Source of the DNA: Lama guanicoe | Lineage: Eukaryota | Direction: 5' to 3' | Assembly (NCBI GenBank): GCA_013239625.1 | Contig: MU053934.1 | Span: 11,387,003 to 11,447,002 of the forward strand | DNA length: 60,000 bases | Part shown: piece after piece, positions 12,206 to 24,449 of the stretch | How positions within the stretch are numbered: the first letter of the stretch is position 1 | Layout of the letters: each line of letters opens with the position of its first letter | Notes under the pieces: generated by a model | The model's input: only the letters and a program-made list of their open reading frames with translations | The model's database searches: none | What the model was told of the DNA's origin: nothing | Made by a program: the position numbers and the translations under genes

Positions 12206-13124
12206 GAGGGGAGGACCCAGACGGGTGGGCAGCCGCCCCGCGGTGGAGCCGGAGGGGAAGGCAGAAGGCAGCTCCCAGGCCCGAGGCTGGGCCCAGCGTG
12301 TGGGCAGACGTGTCTCCACCGCGATGGGGCGAGAAGAGGAGGAGAAAATGCAGGGCAGGAGGTGAAGAGATAATTTTAGAGCCAAGGTGTCGAAGGTGCT
12401 GGTGATGCTCCCGAAGCTGGCAATGCCGGACGCCGGGCTCCGGGGAGAGGTGCGGCCTGCGGGCAGAGGACAGGGGTGCGGGGGCCCGAGTGTGAGTCGG
12501 GGTGAGGGGGCCCGAGGGCCCCGGGGGAAGGGGTCGTGGGACAGAGGGCCTGTGGGCGGGGTGTCCAGCCAGACCTGCCACAGGCCACCTGGTCCCCCAC
12601 CGGCTCCTTGTCCTGTGCTAGGCCCAGCCGTGGGTGCTTCCCAAGGTGTGGGGCTCCTGCTCCCCTCTTGCCCCCAGGTGGGGGAGCCGGGAGGAGAGGA
12701 CGTCTGGGCACGCATCTCTCTTGGCACATACCTGCCTTCTCTCCCTTAACCCTCAAGCATCTGAAGGGGTCACAACTCCAGAGCCCCAGCCGGTGGTGGG
12801 GGGGTGGCAGGGTGCCGTGACAGCTGGAGGCACACGGTATAGGGGTCCCGGGCCAGCTTGAGTGGGCACGTGGGAACAGAGGCCCGTCAGCGTCCGCTGT
12901 GCTCTTTGGCCGGGCCGTGTGGCCCTGCGCCCCGTGGATCGGCTCTGCTTGTGACAGTGAGTGTGCGGAGTGTGTGGCGGGTGCCTGGTTGCAGAGGGGC
13001 TTCTGTGGGTTGAAACAAGGCAGGGGCAGGGCCCAGATCTGCTGCGCGGCTGACTGCGGAGCCAGGTCCACGGGCCCCGGGCCTGGGCACTCCGGCCGTG
13101 CTGCAACTTTCTTCCTCTCTGCCT

Positions 13125-13335
13125 CGCCGACTGGATTAACCTTGGGATGCACAGTGACAGCCGGGAAAGCGCAGGTCTTGACCTCAACTTCGGGCAAGAA
13201 GCTGACTCTCCTCCCGGGAGGGGAGGGCCCACTGACCTTCCTTCCCAGTGAATCGATGGAAACCTCTGGGTCAATAAATCTTAATGCTCTTTCAGCAGCG
13301 ATCGATGCCTCCCGTCCTATTGTTATGACGCTCGG
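13125..13335. promoter_or_regulatory. Candidate non-coding regulatory element
   Basis: GGATTA 13133-13138, ATCGAT 13252-13257 and 13301-13306, CAATAAA 13272-13278 and CTATTGTT 13317-13324 in a unique lower-GC island. Confidence 0.4.
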
Positions 13336-13824
13336 ATGCCCGGGGGTCAGACCCGTCTCAGGCCCCTGGGGGGTGGGCTCCCCCTCACAGCTAATAGGCC
13401 CCCCGACCAAGATGACCCAAGACCCCTCAAATGGACTCTCATGAGTCCCAGGCCCGCTCCTCGCCCTCCCCCAGGGAGGGGGACACACAGGGAGACACCT
13501 ATAGAAGCCCCACCCTGTGTCCCCCAGCCCGGGCAGCACCCTCCTGCCAGCAGGCAGGCATCCTGTGCTTCTTGGAAACAGAGAAGACAGGAGCTTGGGA
13601 GTAACAAGGTGCCCAGGTGCCCGGGGAGGCAGGCGGGGAGTCGCCTCCCAGGCAGGGGACACGCCCCACCGGCCTGGGGGCCCTCCCCACAGCCACCCAG
13701 GCTCCACGTGCCCTGGGGCCAGTTCCGGCCACCCCCAGGACCACGGTGGGGCCGCAGCTCACAACCTCGGGACATGGGGCTGTGGACGGTGATGATCAGG
13801 TGCGAGTGACCAGTGGGGGCCGCG

Positions 13825-13950
13825 CGTCTTCTATGTGTCCTGAGGCCCCAGCACATCAGGCGTGGTGTCTGGGAGTGAAACATGGTCCCCTCCTTCAGGG
13901 AATTCTGTCTAATGGGGGAGCAGACAATGAGCCGATCAGAGACTCAAACA
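13825..13950 (-). mobile_element. LINE-2 3' fragment
   Basis: ctatgtgtcc...aaacatggtcccctccttcagggaattctgtctaatgggggagcagacaat is typical of antisense L2 near its 3' end. Confidence 0.55.
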
Positions 13951-13994
13951 GAGCAGAAAGAATGGGGGAGGGTGGGGGAGGGGTGGGATTTGCA

Positions 13995-14332
13995 TGAAGT
14001 AGAGTTGTGCTAGTTTCAGTGCACGGCACAGTGATTCAGTCATACATATATATATATATATTTTTTGTTTGTTTCAGATTCCTTTTCATTATAGGTCGCT
14101 GCAAGGTATTGAATGCAGCTCCCTGTGCTGCACAGCAGGTCCTTGCTGTCTGTCTGTTTCATGTACAACAGTGTGTGTCTGTTGATGCCAAGCCCCCGGG
14201 TTACCCCTCTCCCCTTTCCCCTTTGGTGAGCACAGGTCGCTCTCTGTGTCTGTGCGTCTACTTCTGTTCTGCAAACAAGTTCACTTATGTTACATTCTAG
14301 ATTCCACGTGTCAGCGATGTCACGCGGTATTC
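13995..14332 (-). mobile_element. Artiodactyl-type L1 3' end with internal (AT)n
   Basis: gtgattcagtcatacatatatat...cagattccttttcattataggtcgctgcaaggtattgaatgcagctccctgtgctgcacagcaggtccttg...tagattccacgtgtcagcgatgtcac. Confidence 0.85.
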
Positions 14333-14419
14333 GGCAAGCACGCGCTCTTGGTCTTGGAGGGGAGGATGCTCTCCCAGACTGCGGTTGGGAAGAGGTAAGG
14401 AGTGTGTTCTTTTATCACC

Positions 14420-14560
14420 GGCTCTGTGCCCAGTGTTTAAAACCTGCTGTCTCATTTAACCTTCCAAGAATTCTGCCTGGAAGATGGTTTGTAAATGAGC
14501 TAACGGACTAAGGACGCAAAGCTAGCAGCTCCTGGAGTGGGAACCCAGGGCCCCAGCCTC
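14420..14560 (-). mobile_element. MIR fragment
   Basis: ctctgtgcccagtgtttaaaacc...tctcatttaaccttccaagaattctg...gtgggaacccagg. Confidence 0.5.
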
Positions 14561-15269
14561 CCCGCCGCGTTCCCACGTGTCCTGTCGTGGGTGAGGACAG
14601 TCCCTGCCAGCCAGGCCTGGGCAGATCGCGGCCGGCCTGCTGAAGAGACTCGACTTTGAGGTTGGGCTGGGACTATCAGTTGCTGCGGAAAGGAAGGACC
14701 CAGGTGTCTGACTAAGGAGCGTGACCCTCATCCTGATAGTGGCGGGAGCAGTGGCTCGTCCAGGAAGGGGGTGGCAGACACGCGGGCCGCAGGAAGGGGC
14801 CCCGGAGCGGGTGAGGCTCGGGGGGGAAGAGCACTCAGCTGTGTGGCAGCGGCTGCACTTGCGACCTTTGTCTCATTCGAGTCCCAGAAATATTGGTTGT
14901 ACCAAGAGGGAACCAGGGGGCTGTGAAGAGAGCAAAGCTGAGCAACGAAGGGTTGGTATAACTATATTAACAGTGTGTCCACCGCCATAGAAAAGAGGAC
15001 ACACGGCCGCGCTGTGTGAACTTTGAAAATCACCGTCTCCCCCAGAGGAAGTGGATTCCAAGGTGTCTCCAACGCTTCCCCACCTGCACCGCCAACCCTC
15101 GTGGTTCTAGGGAAGCAGGGAGCGCTGGCGGCGTCCCGGGACGTGAGAGCGACACGGGGGGGGGCCCACCAATTTAAAGCCAGATTTCTTCATTTAGGAA
15201 AGCAAGTTCGTAAAAAAAATCCCTTATACTCAAGGTGAAGGAAATCTCATGTGAACAGAAGTTCGGGAA

Positions 15270-15985
15270 ATGAGCCGCTCGGGAGGCAGCATCTGACCGC
15301 GCGGCCCGGCCCACCGCGAGCTGGGCGGCGAGCCGGCGACTCGGGACAGGCGGGCCGTGCGGGCCAGGCCCTGATCGGTGCGCGCGCAGGGGCAGCGCCG
15401 AGGCTAAACAGCCTTGGCGATTACGGACCCCAAAGTCCCGCCAGCGGAAGCAAGGGAAGCACGCCGCCTGGGCCGGGGCCGGGGGCGCGCGCAGAGCCNN
15501 NNNNNNNNNNNNNNNNNNNNNNNNNNNNNNNNNNNNNNNNNNNNNNNNNNNNNNNNNNNNNNNNNNNNNNNNNNNNNNNNNNNNNNNNNNNNNNNNNNNN
15601 NNNNNNNNNNNNNNNNNNNNNNNNNNNNNNNNNNNNNNNNNNNNNNNNNNNNNNNNNNNNNNNNNNNNNNNNNNNNNNNNNNNNNNNNNNNNNNNNNNNN
15701 NNNNNNNNNNNNNNNNNNNNNNNNNNNNNNNNGACTCGGGACAGGCGGGCCGTGCGGGCCAGGCCCTGATCGGTGCGCGCGCAGGGGCAGCGCCGAGGCT
15801 AAACAGCCTTGGCGATTACGGACCCCAAAGTCCCGCCAGCGGAAGCAAGGGAAGCACGCCGCCGCGGCGGGGGCCGGGGGCGCGCGCAGAGCCGTCAGCA
15901 GCGCGCGGGGCGCGGAAACCACCCGCGCTCCGCCCGCCGCGCGCCCGCACGGCCGCACGCAGCAGCTCGGCCCGTCCGCGCTCTT
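15270..15985. promoter_or_regulatory. CpG island, interrupted by an assembly gap
   Basis: Very dense CpG, multiple GCGCGC and GC-box-like runs. No adjoining exon recognised. Confidence 0.75.
15499..15732. other. Assembly gap (234 N) flanked by a 161-bp near-identical duplication
   Basis: 15338-15498 and 15733-15893 are the same sequence apart from 3 clustered mismatches. Confidence 0.95.
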
Positions 15986-17359
15986 GTCCTTTCCGCTGCA
16001 AGGGGTCTTCAGGAACTAACGTTTCTGTGGTTAGGACCACAGAGCAACAGTCCCCTCTGCTTTGCTGCAAGTCATTTTTTCACGTTAGACATACTTCAAA
16101 TTAAATGACCTAACTTAAAAACACGTAATGAATGGCCCGCCCCCTCCTCCTCCCAGCCGCCTGCGTCCGCGTGGGGAGGTCCCCTCGTGTGAAGACAGGC
16201 TTCCCAGTGGGTGGGGCTCGGGGGCTACTGTGCGTTCCGCAGGCGAGCGCCCCAGACAGACGGGGCTCCGCGCTGGGCAGGTGTGAAGACGGGAGCTTCT
16301 GGAAGGAGGGGAGGGGGGAGCAGGCGGGCACGTCTCCTCTCCCCGCCTGTCACCCCTGCCAGGCCCTTGGCAGGACTCTGGCCCGGGCTACTCAAAGCCA
16401 AGACCCCAGGACGGGGTCTGCACTGCCCCCGGAGGTGGGGCGGGGCGGGGCGGAGTGGGGGCAGCTCCCGCAGGCCCAGCTCTTCTCTGCACAGAGCAGC
16501 GGGCCCCTGGGGCTCTCTGGGAGCAGCTGGGACACTCCTAGGCTGGGACAGTGTGTGTGACAGGCCGGCTCTGGCCATCAGAGAATCCAAAAGAGACGGC
16601 CTTGGGGTTCAAGACAGAGGCACCCAAAGCCGGACTGGTCGCACTGTGGTTTCCATAAAAGTCCACGAGTGATCTGACCGGCCCTGGCCCGTGGTGGGCA
16701 CTCCGCCCTGGGCTCCAGCCCTCCTGACAGCCCTGCGGGGACCCTGAGGGACGGAGGGCCAGCTGGGCCTGCGTTTCCGCCAGCTTTGGGGTCTCTGACT
16801 TTGGACATCTTTTCTGAAAGTAGTAGTCTGACCCGTGTGTGCGCGCGTGCACGTGTGTGTGTTTACACTTGCGAGTTTGTATTTGACACTGGGGTGTGTG
16901 TGTCTGTGGTTGATTGAAATGAATTTCTTTGAATCGCTAAGAGCTACCATTCTCTCTCTCCACACACCCCTGCTCCCGCCTCGGTGGCGCCTCCGTCTAC
17001 AATCTGTCAGCCTGTCAGTTACCAACCACTCGAGGCTTGAATGGCGTCCGTGGTCACAGCGGGCCGGGCGGGGAGGCTTGGCTGGCTGTTCCTTCTCGCA
17101 GGAGGCGATCTCTTGGGTAACGTTGAGGGGTCTGGCGTGATTTCATCTCACAACTGCCCCCTGCCTCCGAGGAGGGGCGCCCCCTCCTCCCGGCACCGAG
17201 GCGACGGCCTTCTCTCCTCACAGACGCGACCCGCACCAGGGCAGGGACGTGACGGAGCATGGCCATCGATGGGAAGCGGCGCCGCTTCCAACACGCCCGA
17301 GGGAAGCCACCGCTTCACAAACCAGTCCAGCAACAGTGAGGCGAGAATCATGAGAAAAG

Positions 17360-17660
17360 CAAAGTCCTAAATCACAAGGTAAGATAATGAAATACAATCA
17401 ACACGGACATAATGGCGGTAAGTGGGCCTCTGATGCCCTCTGTGTTTTAAGATACAGGGGGAAACACCCTCATCGAACTCCAGTGAATCACTTGGGTTTA
17501 ATCACTAGAATATAAATGGAATTTATGGTGCCATCGGAGAGACATTCTTTAAAATAACACATTAGCTCTGCGTCTGTGACAGGTCAGGGAAAAATGGCGT
17601 CATTTCAGGCTTGTTTATTTAATTTATGTTAAAATTAATCGTTTATTAGTTTTCTATGTT
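17360..17660. promoter_or_regulatory. Candidate conserved non-coding element / enhancer
   Basis: AT-rich unique island: AGATAA 17382-17387, AATGGCGG 17411-17418, TTTATGG 17522-17528, TGACAG 17577-17582, AAAATGGCG 17591-17599, TGTTTAT 17612-17618. Confidence 0.5.
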
Positions 17661-19359
17661 TGAGCATCGCCTTAGAGCATCCATCACGCCTCTGTTTCCT
17701 TTTCCTACCTTCAGAGGTGATTTTGCGTCTTTATCTTCTTTTTGCCGACTCACATAGCATCACAGATTTGTCTGGAAGGATCCAAGTGGGCCTTCCCCCT
17801 TCCCCACGGTCACGCTGCCTTCAGGACCGGAAGGCCTGGCCACTCAGGTCTCCGTTTCTGCATCGTCAGTGGGAGAAGAATCCACCTGTCTGTCTGCCTC
17901 TCTCCCCTGGGGCTGGTGGCCCCACGTGACTGGGTCCTCCCAGCCCTGCGAGGGGGGTCCTGCTGGGATCCCATTTTCCAGACAGGAAGTGGGTCCCAAG
18001 ACAAGGCCTGCCACGGTCACTGGAAGCCAGCCCCAAACCCAGAGGTCCCATTTCAAAGCTGGAGCCACCAGGAGCTTCTAAGTCGCCAGGCACCGTGAGG
18101 CCACTCCCCAGGATGCAGAAGCTCACAGACCCACCATCGCTCTGTTCTCAAGAGCTGTTGGTGGTGGTTGCAATGCAGAGGTGGCCAGAGCACGACCTGG
18201 GGACTCTCACTGCAAATAAGTTAAAACCGAACCACAAGCTGCATCTCCAGGAGGGTCGGGGGGCTGCGTGGGGGATCCCCCTCCCTGATCCTCCGATGTT
18301 CTCCCACCTCCCAGCCGGTCTGGCCGATGGGCTGTGAGGGGCGTGGCCTGGGTCACTTCTGGGCTGGGGCACAGGTGCCCGGGCTGCTCCTCTCCCGGGC
18401 CGCTGTCCATCCAAGCTCACAGCAGCCTGCGTGCGCATCCCTACGGGGAGGGGACTGCCCCCAGGCCACGTGACCATGCGGGTTGGAGTGATGGGACGTC
18501 AACACCACTGAGAATTCAGGGCTGGATTCCCCCTCTGCCTGCCTGTGGCACCCTCGCCACACAGAAGCGGGTTCCTGGGGAGGCACCCAGGTGCTGGCAC
18601 CAGCAGCAGTGATGGGGACCCTGTCTCAGCCTGGGAACGGGGGCCCAGGTGAGTGGGTGAGACCATGGGAAGACTGAGTCTGGGAAGGTGAGGGGTGGTA
18701 TGTGGACCCTGCACCTGTGGGGGCCCCTTCCTCTCACCCGGCACTGGTGCTCTGTCTCCACAAGCCTTTCTCTCTGCAGCAGCTCTTGCTGTTCCTGACT
18801 CTTCCCGGATGACTGGACCGTCCACTCTGGGTGGAGGGTGGGCCTTGACTGCCCCTGCTCCCCGCCTCAGAGGCTGACTCTCAGAGGCCTGGAATGAAGG
18901 GATGACTTGGCGGGGGGTGGGTGCCCAGCTACTGGGACCGGGGCGCCGTCCACGCGGGCAGAGGCGAGGGGAGGTCCCGTGGCGGGCCGTTAGCCCAATT
19001 TGTTTGTGCCCCGGGTTTGGATGAGATTTGGAGGCAGTCCGAGCTGGGTTTGCCGGTTTTGTGGGACTCTTTCTCCTGGCACAGGCCCCCCTCTTTGACA
19101 TCCCGGGGACTCAAAAGGGCTATTCGAGGGAGCAGTTTGCAGACTCTGGGATCCCTGCTCCTCTGCACCCAAGGACATTAAAGTTCTCCCTCTGTGTCTT
19201 TTCTGGGTGACAGGAGACAGTCAGGGATGTGCACCTGGTCCCTTTGTCCCATTAGTGGGAAGCCCTTGGTGTGTCAGGAGCCGTGGGCCCAGAGTTAGGG
19301 GAGCCGAGCCCCACCGTGCATCTGACCTTGCGTCACCAGAGAGACTCCAGACCCGCGAT

Positions 19360-19680
19360 GCCCAAGGGGAACAGGACACCAGTCAACTGTATAATTTGAA
19401 ATTTTCCACTGGTCACACTCAAGAGGGAAAACAGGTGAAATATTTGTATTTTAATCATCTATTTAATTTAATCCAGTTATCCAATTCTCATCATTTCAAC
19501 ACGTATCCAATTTAAAAACTGATGAATGAGCTGGTCCAGCCTCTCTTTCTTGTGGTGCCTTTGATACACGATGCATGTACACGTGGGGCTCGCATCTCTA
19601 CTTGGACTCTCCTGGGCTCAGGTGCTCAGTAGCAGCACATGCTGCAGCCCCTGCAGAGGGGTGGTCTCGGGCACCCTGGC
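19360..19680. mobile_element. MER33-like non-autonomous hAT-Charlie DNA transposon
   Basis: tataatttgaaattttccactggtcacact...aaacaggtgaaatatttgtattttaat...atcatttcaacacgtatccaat...gcatctctacttggact...aggtgctcagtagc follows the MER33 consensus order. Confidence 0.8.
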
Positions 19681-20034
19681 CGGATGCCCCCGGGACAGCA
19701 GAGCCGTCCAGCAGCCCCCAGCCCCAGCCCGCCACCAGCCCTGGGCTTGTCTCCAGAATCAGCGGTGGGTGTCCCTGAGAGACACCTGTGAGGTGCGGGT
19801 GCCCAGCTGGGAGCAGGTGGGCTTGTCCCGAGTCCCAGGAGAGCAGCCCCTCCCTTAAGAAGCCCCCTTGCAGGACAGAGAAAGCAGAACAAGGAGGTGT
19901 GTCCTGGGAGGCGGCAGGACTTGCTGAAATCCACTGACACCAATGCACACAAAACGTCAGTTACATTTCATTTCACTGGCACCAAAGCCAGACCTTCCCT
20001 GGCATCAAGGGAAGAATTTCATGTGAAAAAAAAA

Positions 20035-20450
20035 TGCTAATTTATTAATTCAACTGATACCAGGCTGTACGTGCTATGTGCCCCACACGGGGATGCAGAC
20101 CATAGTGAGACAGGTGCCGGCCCCAGGGAGTCACTTTCTCACATGGGGATGGCCGTGTGTGCACAGGAGGGTGGAGCTTGCCCGGCCCTGGATAATTAAA
20201 GACCTTTTTGAGGTGGATCTTGAAGGTAGAGTAGGAGTTTGGGGGATGAGTCTACCTGGGAAGCAGGACCAACATGTGACAACAAGGGCACTGAAAGGAC
20301 AGAGCATGTTGGAGAGGTGGACGTGGAGCGTGCCTGGTGGGGGAGCAGGGGGAAGGCCGGAGGCGGACGGCAGAGCCCTGGGGTGCAGCTCCACCTCCCA
20401 GGAGCACCAGAGACGGGCTGCGGCTGGGATGCTGACGCGTCCGCTGCACT
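20035..20450 (-). mobile_element. LINE-2 3' region
   Basis: gtgctatgtgcccc...ggggatgcagaccatagtgagacaggtgccggccccagggagtcactttctcacatgggga...ggatcttgaaggtagagtaggagttt. Confidence 0.6.
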
Positions 20451-21196
20451 AGCTTCCCTGAAACAAGTGGGAGATGGCAGGCACGCTTTGTGCTGTCAGC
20501 TGCGGACGCTGGACAGAGTGCTTCAGCAGTAACCAGGATGCGGGTCCCTGTGACCTCTGTGCTGCCTCTAAGCACCTGTTGCCTAAAACTATCTCGGGTT
20601 CCTGCTCCCCGTGGACCGGTGCCTCGGGTTTGGCTGTTCTGCCTGCACAACAGGTGAGGAAATTCACTCCCCGTCAAAGGGTCCTCTAAAAGGTGGTCCT
20701 CGCTGGACTCCTCGTGTTGCCAGAATCCCAGTTCTGTCGCTAATGTGTCGCAGAATCACACAGAGCTCTGGCCCCGGGACAAGCGGAGGAGCCACAGGCT
20801 TGGGCTCAGCGGGCCTGCTGGGAGCCAGGTCCACGCGCAAGTGCGGATCAGGGGCCGCACCGGGTGTGTCTGGGACGCCAGGCCACAGACTCCTCTGCCC
20901 GTCCCAGCCCAGGCCCGGTGCTCCTTAGTTCTAGAGTTGGAGGGAAGCCCAGCAGCTGGTGAGCCCACAGCCAAGGGGTGGGGGGTCAGCCATCACCTCC
21001 AGCGTGGTCCTTCCAGAAGGTTCCAGAGACAAAGGGGCCTCTGATCAGGGCACATGGCTCCTGCGATCGCTGGCACATTCCCAGGCCCCTGGAAGTAGGC
21101 AGTGGGGTGGGAAAGGGCACCTGTGGGCTTCTCCTGGAGATCGGACCTCTCTCTCGGCGCTGAGGAGAGCGCCAACATGGTTTTTGGAAACCCTCT

Positions 21197-21622
21197 CTGG
21201 GATGATTGGCTTCGCGTGTCGCTGTGACTGGGCTGAGAGGATGCCCAGGTATGTGGTAAGCGGGATTCTGGGTGTGTCTCTGAGGATGTGGACGAAATAG
21301 AGCAGGTGGCCGTCCCCAGCCTGGGGGTGTCCTCGCCCATCAGCTGAGGGTCTGTGCAGAACAAAAAAGGAGGCAGGAAGGAGCCCCCCTTTCCCACTGT
21401 AACACTGAGCCGGGACACCCTATCTCTTCTCCTGCCCCGGACTGGGACGGCCCCCCCGGCTGCCCCGGTCCTCAGGCCTCCAGGCTCACATGGATGGCAT
21501 CCCCAGCTGTCCTGGGGTCCAGCTGCAGGGTGTGGGACTTCCCAGCCTCCCTCACCACGGGGGCCAATTCCTGCAACGGTTAAGTTTCTTTCCGTTTCTC
21601 TGGAGAACAACCTCCAAATCCA
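21197..21622 (+). mobile_element. ERV-L solo LTR (MLT2-like)
   Basis: gtgtcgctgtgactgggctgagaggatgcccag...tctgggtgtgtctctgaggatgt...agaacaaaaaaggaggcaggaagg...gtgggacttcccagcctcc...gtttctctggagaac. Confidence 0.8.
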
Positions 21623-21624
21623 CT

Positions 21625-21825
21625 TTGCTAGATTCAGCAAATAAAATCACAGGAGGCCCAGGGAACTGTGAATTCCAGATATGCAATGAACATATTTTCA
21701 GTCTGAGTATGGACTATTGTACATGTAACGTGCATGTAAAAGGCGGGACCTACTTCTACTAAGATGTAACTTCTGCTGACCTGGAATTGAATATGACTGG
21801 ACACACCGTATGTTATCCAACAGTC
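21625..21825. mobile_element. MER53-like palindromic hAT MITE
   Basis: agattcagcaaataaaatcacaggaggcccagggaactgtgaattccagata...gggacctacttctactaag...ctggaattgaatatgactggac; the arms are degenerate inverted repeats. Confidence 0.7.
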
Positions 21826-22339
21826 TGTCCCGAGTACGGCGAGGACTACAGTGCGGCGGCACGAGGGAGGTTCTGGGTGAAGGAGCCGCTCTCTGTGCAG
21901 ACGGCGGTGACAGGGCTCTGGGCACCTGTCACACGGGTAACGACCTGTGCTCTCACACACACAGCCGCGGCCCAGGCAAGGGGCAAGCAGCTCCCTGTGC
22001 AGTCAGGCCTGGGGCGGGGGGTCACAGGGAGACAGAGCAGGGAGGCCGGGGACAGACACGCTTGCGTAAGGCTTTATTGTGTCTGTGAGTCCGCACCAGC
22101 ACAGCACCTGGCATCTGAGCGCTCAGCGATCTGCGCTGAGATAGTCGAGTTTTAACCCCCCACGTTCACCTTCCCCATTTGCTGCCGGAGCAGTCTGAAG
22201 GCCAGATCTGATTATGTCGGCTGTGTGCTCGAAAGTCTTTGCTGCCTGACTCCTAATAAACTTGAAATTTGACATCTTAGCCGGAGGTTTGTGACCGCCT
22301 CTGAGAGGTGCTGCTCTGCTTCTCAGACGTCTATCCCTC

Positions 22340-22740
22340 CTTCTGTAGAGAGGTGTGGTTTTACCCAGCACAGACGAGCCCTCCTCTGAAGGGCTACATT
22401 CCCAGCCTACTGTGCAGTGCAACCTGGCCAGGTGTGGGTTCTGGCCAATGAGATGGCAGCAGAAGTGTAGTATGGGATTCTGGGAAGTCCCAGGAAAGCA
22501 GATATGATGGTTGGAGCACCAGCAGCCACATTGGACCCTGAGGCAAAAATGATAAGTCTCAAAAGGCAGCAAGACAGAAGGGCCCTGAGCCCTGGACAAC
22601 TCCACAGCCACCAGGCCCACCCTGGGCCACCTATCCATGTTCACAGGAGGGGAAGTGGCCCTCCATATTGTGTAGGCCCCCATTCCTTTTTTCCGTCTCT
22701 TTCCTGGCACACACAGTCAACCCTAAATCTAAACAGCACC
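22340..22740 (+). mobile_element. Ancient ERV-L LTR (LTR33/LTR16-like)
   Basis: ctacattcccagcct...gttctggccaatgagatggcagcagaagtg...gatggttggagcaccagcagccacattggaccctgagg. Confidence 0.65.
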
Positions 22741-24449
22741 ATCTCTCTGTAACTTTTCATTCATCCATTACATTTCTTGCCTGGCACTCCTGAAAAGGCC
22801 TTGCACTGTCTCCCTGGGGTCCTTTGCTTCCTTCCAGGCTCACCTGCCAGGAAATTCTTTCTTTCTCCTCATTAGGCTCCATTCAATCCCACCCCCACCC
22901 CCCGTTATCCCCAACGTGGAAGCAGCCCTGCATCCCTTTATGATCCGCAAGGCCACATCTGTGGCTCCGTGCGCTCCTGCTCCCGTCCAGCTGAGCCCCT
23001 GCCCTCTCTGTCCCCCAGTCTCTCATCCATTCGACAGAACGTGGTCCTCCCTGGGCTAGAGTGACAGCAGCACACCACTGCCACTTGTTCCACTAGCCTC
23101 GTGGGGCTTGCTGTTCCCGGGGGGACAGGGAAGCCTGTGCCACGGGGTCACCCCCGGCTGACCCCAGATGGAGCCTGTAGCTGAGGATATAAAGGGGTCA
23201 GATGCATCCTGGGCCCAATGCTGGGACGGGGGTACATCAGTGCCAATGCCACGTGAAGGGGCTGAGACAGGCCCTGAAGGTCAGTTCCTCTGAGATCAGC
23301 CCAGCCACTGGCCGCGTGTCCCTCTTGGCCTGGTTGCTGGTGCATTTTGAGTCACCTTCCAAAGTGTATGTCCAGAAACCAATCAGCTGACACCACGAAA
23401 GCGCTGCTTTGTGGGAAGTCATTCCCCATGCAGGCACGCGGTGACGCCGAACGTGTGTTTGAGATGAAGTAACAGATTGCTTAACTGCTTCTACACCCGA
23501 GAGGGGTCACCTCCTACCGCCGGGCCCATCATCTCAGGCCAAACTTCCAGCGTCACTTCGTGTCCCCTGAACAGCAAGGCCGCTGCAGGCTGGCAGCACA
23601 CGCGTGTCTGAGCGCCCTTCCTGCAGGAGCGGGGGGCAGTCAGGACGTGCTGGGCTCCAGGCTGGTGCAAGGTCAATAGTTCCTACGGCCAGGAATTGAC
23701 AGCTTTTGTGTCCAGGTGTGGCCTTTTATTTTCAAACGAGCGTTCTCACCTGGGTCCTCAGCACGGCCTGTTCCCCGGGGTCTGGACCCCGGCTGCAGCT
23801 GTGAGGGGGTGCCCCGTGCACCGCATCGCTCCATGAGACTTAGGGTCTGGTTGGGTGTGAGTGTGGCCGGTTCTCTGGGGACAGTAGCAGCTTCTCTGAA
23901 CTTCTCTGCTCAAGCAGAGAGGGAGAGCAGGATCCAGGCCCCGGGGGCGAACCCCCACACCCACCATCATCAAGTCACTCGACAAACACTCATCAGGCCT
24001 CTTAAGGGCTGCCTCCCGCCTTCCCTCCCCCTTGGGCGCTGTCCTGCCCCACCTCCCCAGGAAACGGCTCTGGTCTGGTCCCCGTGACTCCCCGTCCTCA
24101 TCCAAACACCCAGCTTCTCGGCCTCCTGGTGCCCGTGTCCACATAAGAGTCCTCAAGTCCTGCTCTGCTGTCCCTGCTCTCCGTCCCCTCCTGGACCTCA
24201 CCTGGGCGGGTCCTCAGGGAGGCCCCAGGCCTCACGCTGTCCCTCCTGGCCTGGACCCCAGGTGGCCTCCTCCCCTGTGACTGGCAGGCCAGGCTCCAGC
24301 TCGGCGGCCTCTCAGCTCCAGGTGGCCTTGCGACTCCACCCGTGCTGTGTGCTGGGCGCTCACCCGGGACCTTGACCCCTGGCCGTCCGGCCCCACCTTC
24401 CACGTCACGTGGGATTCAGACGCCCCACCCCAGGCCAGGCCACCTCCAC

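Noticed and set aside
12376..13707. Longest ORF (443 aa, minus strand) and the overlapping 320-aa ORF 11619-12581
   Set aside because: Pro/Gly/Ala-rich with no recognisable domain. ORFs overlap in several frames and the 320-aa one crosses a (GA)n repeat. This is expected from stop-codon scarcity in high-GC DNA.
15251..16108. ORFs through the CpG island and first gap
   Set aside because: They are extended by N runs and duplicated by the contig overlap.
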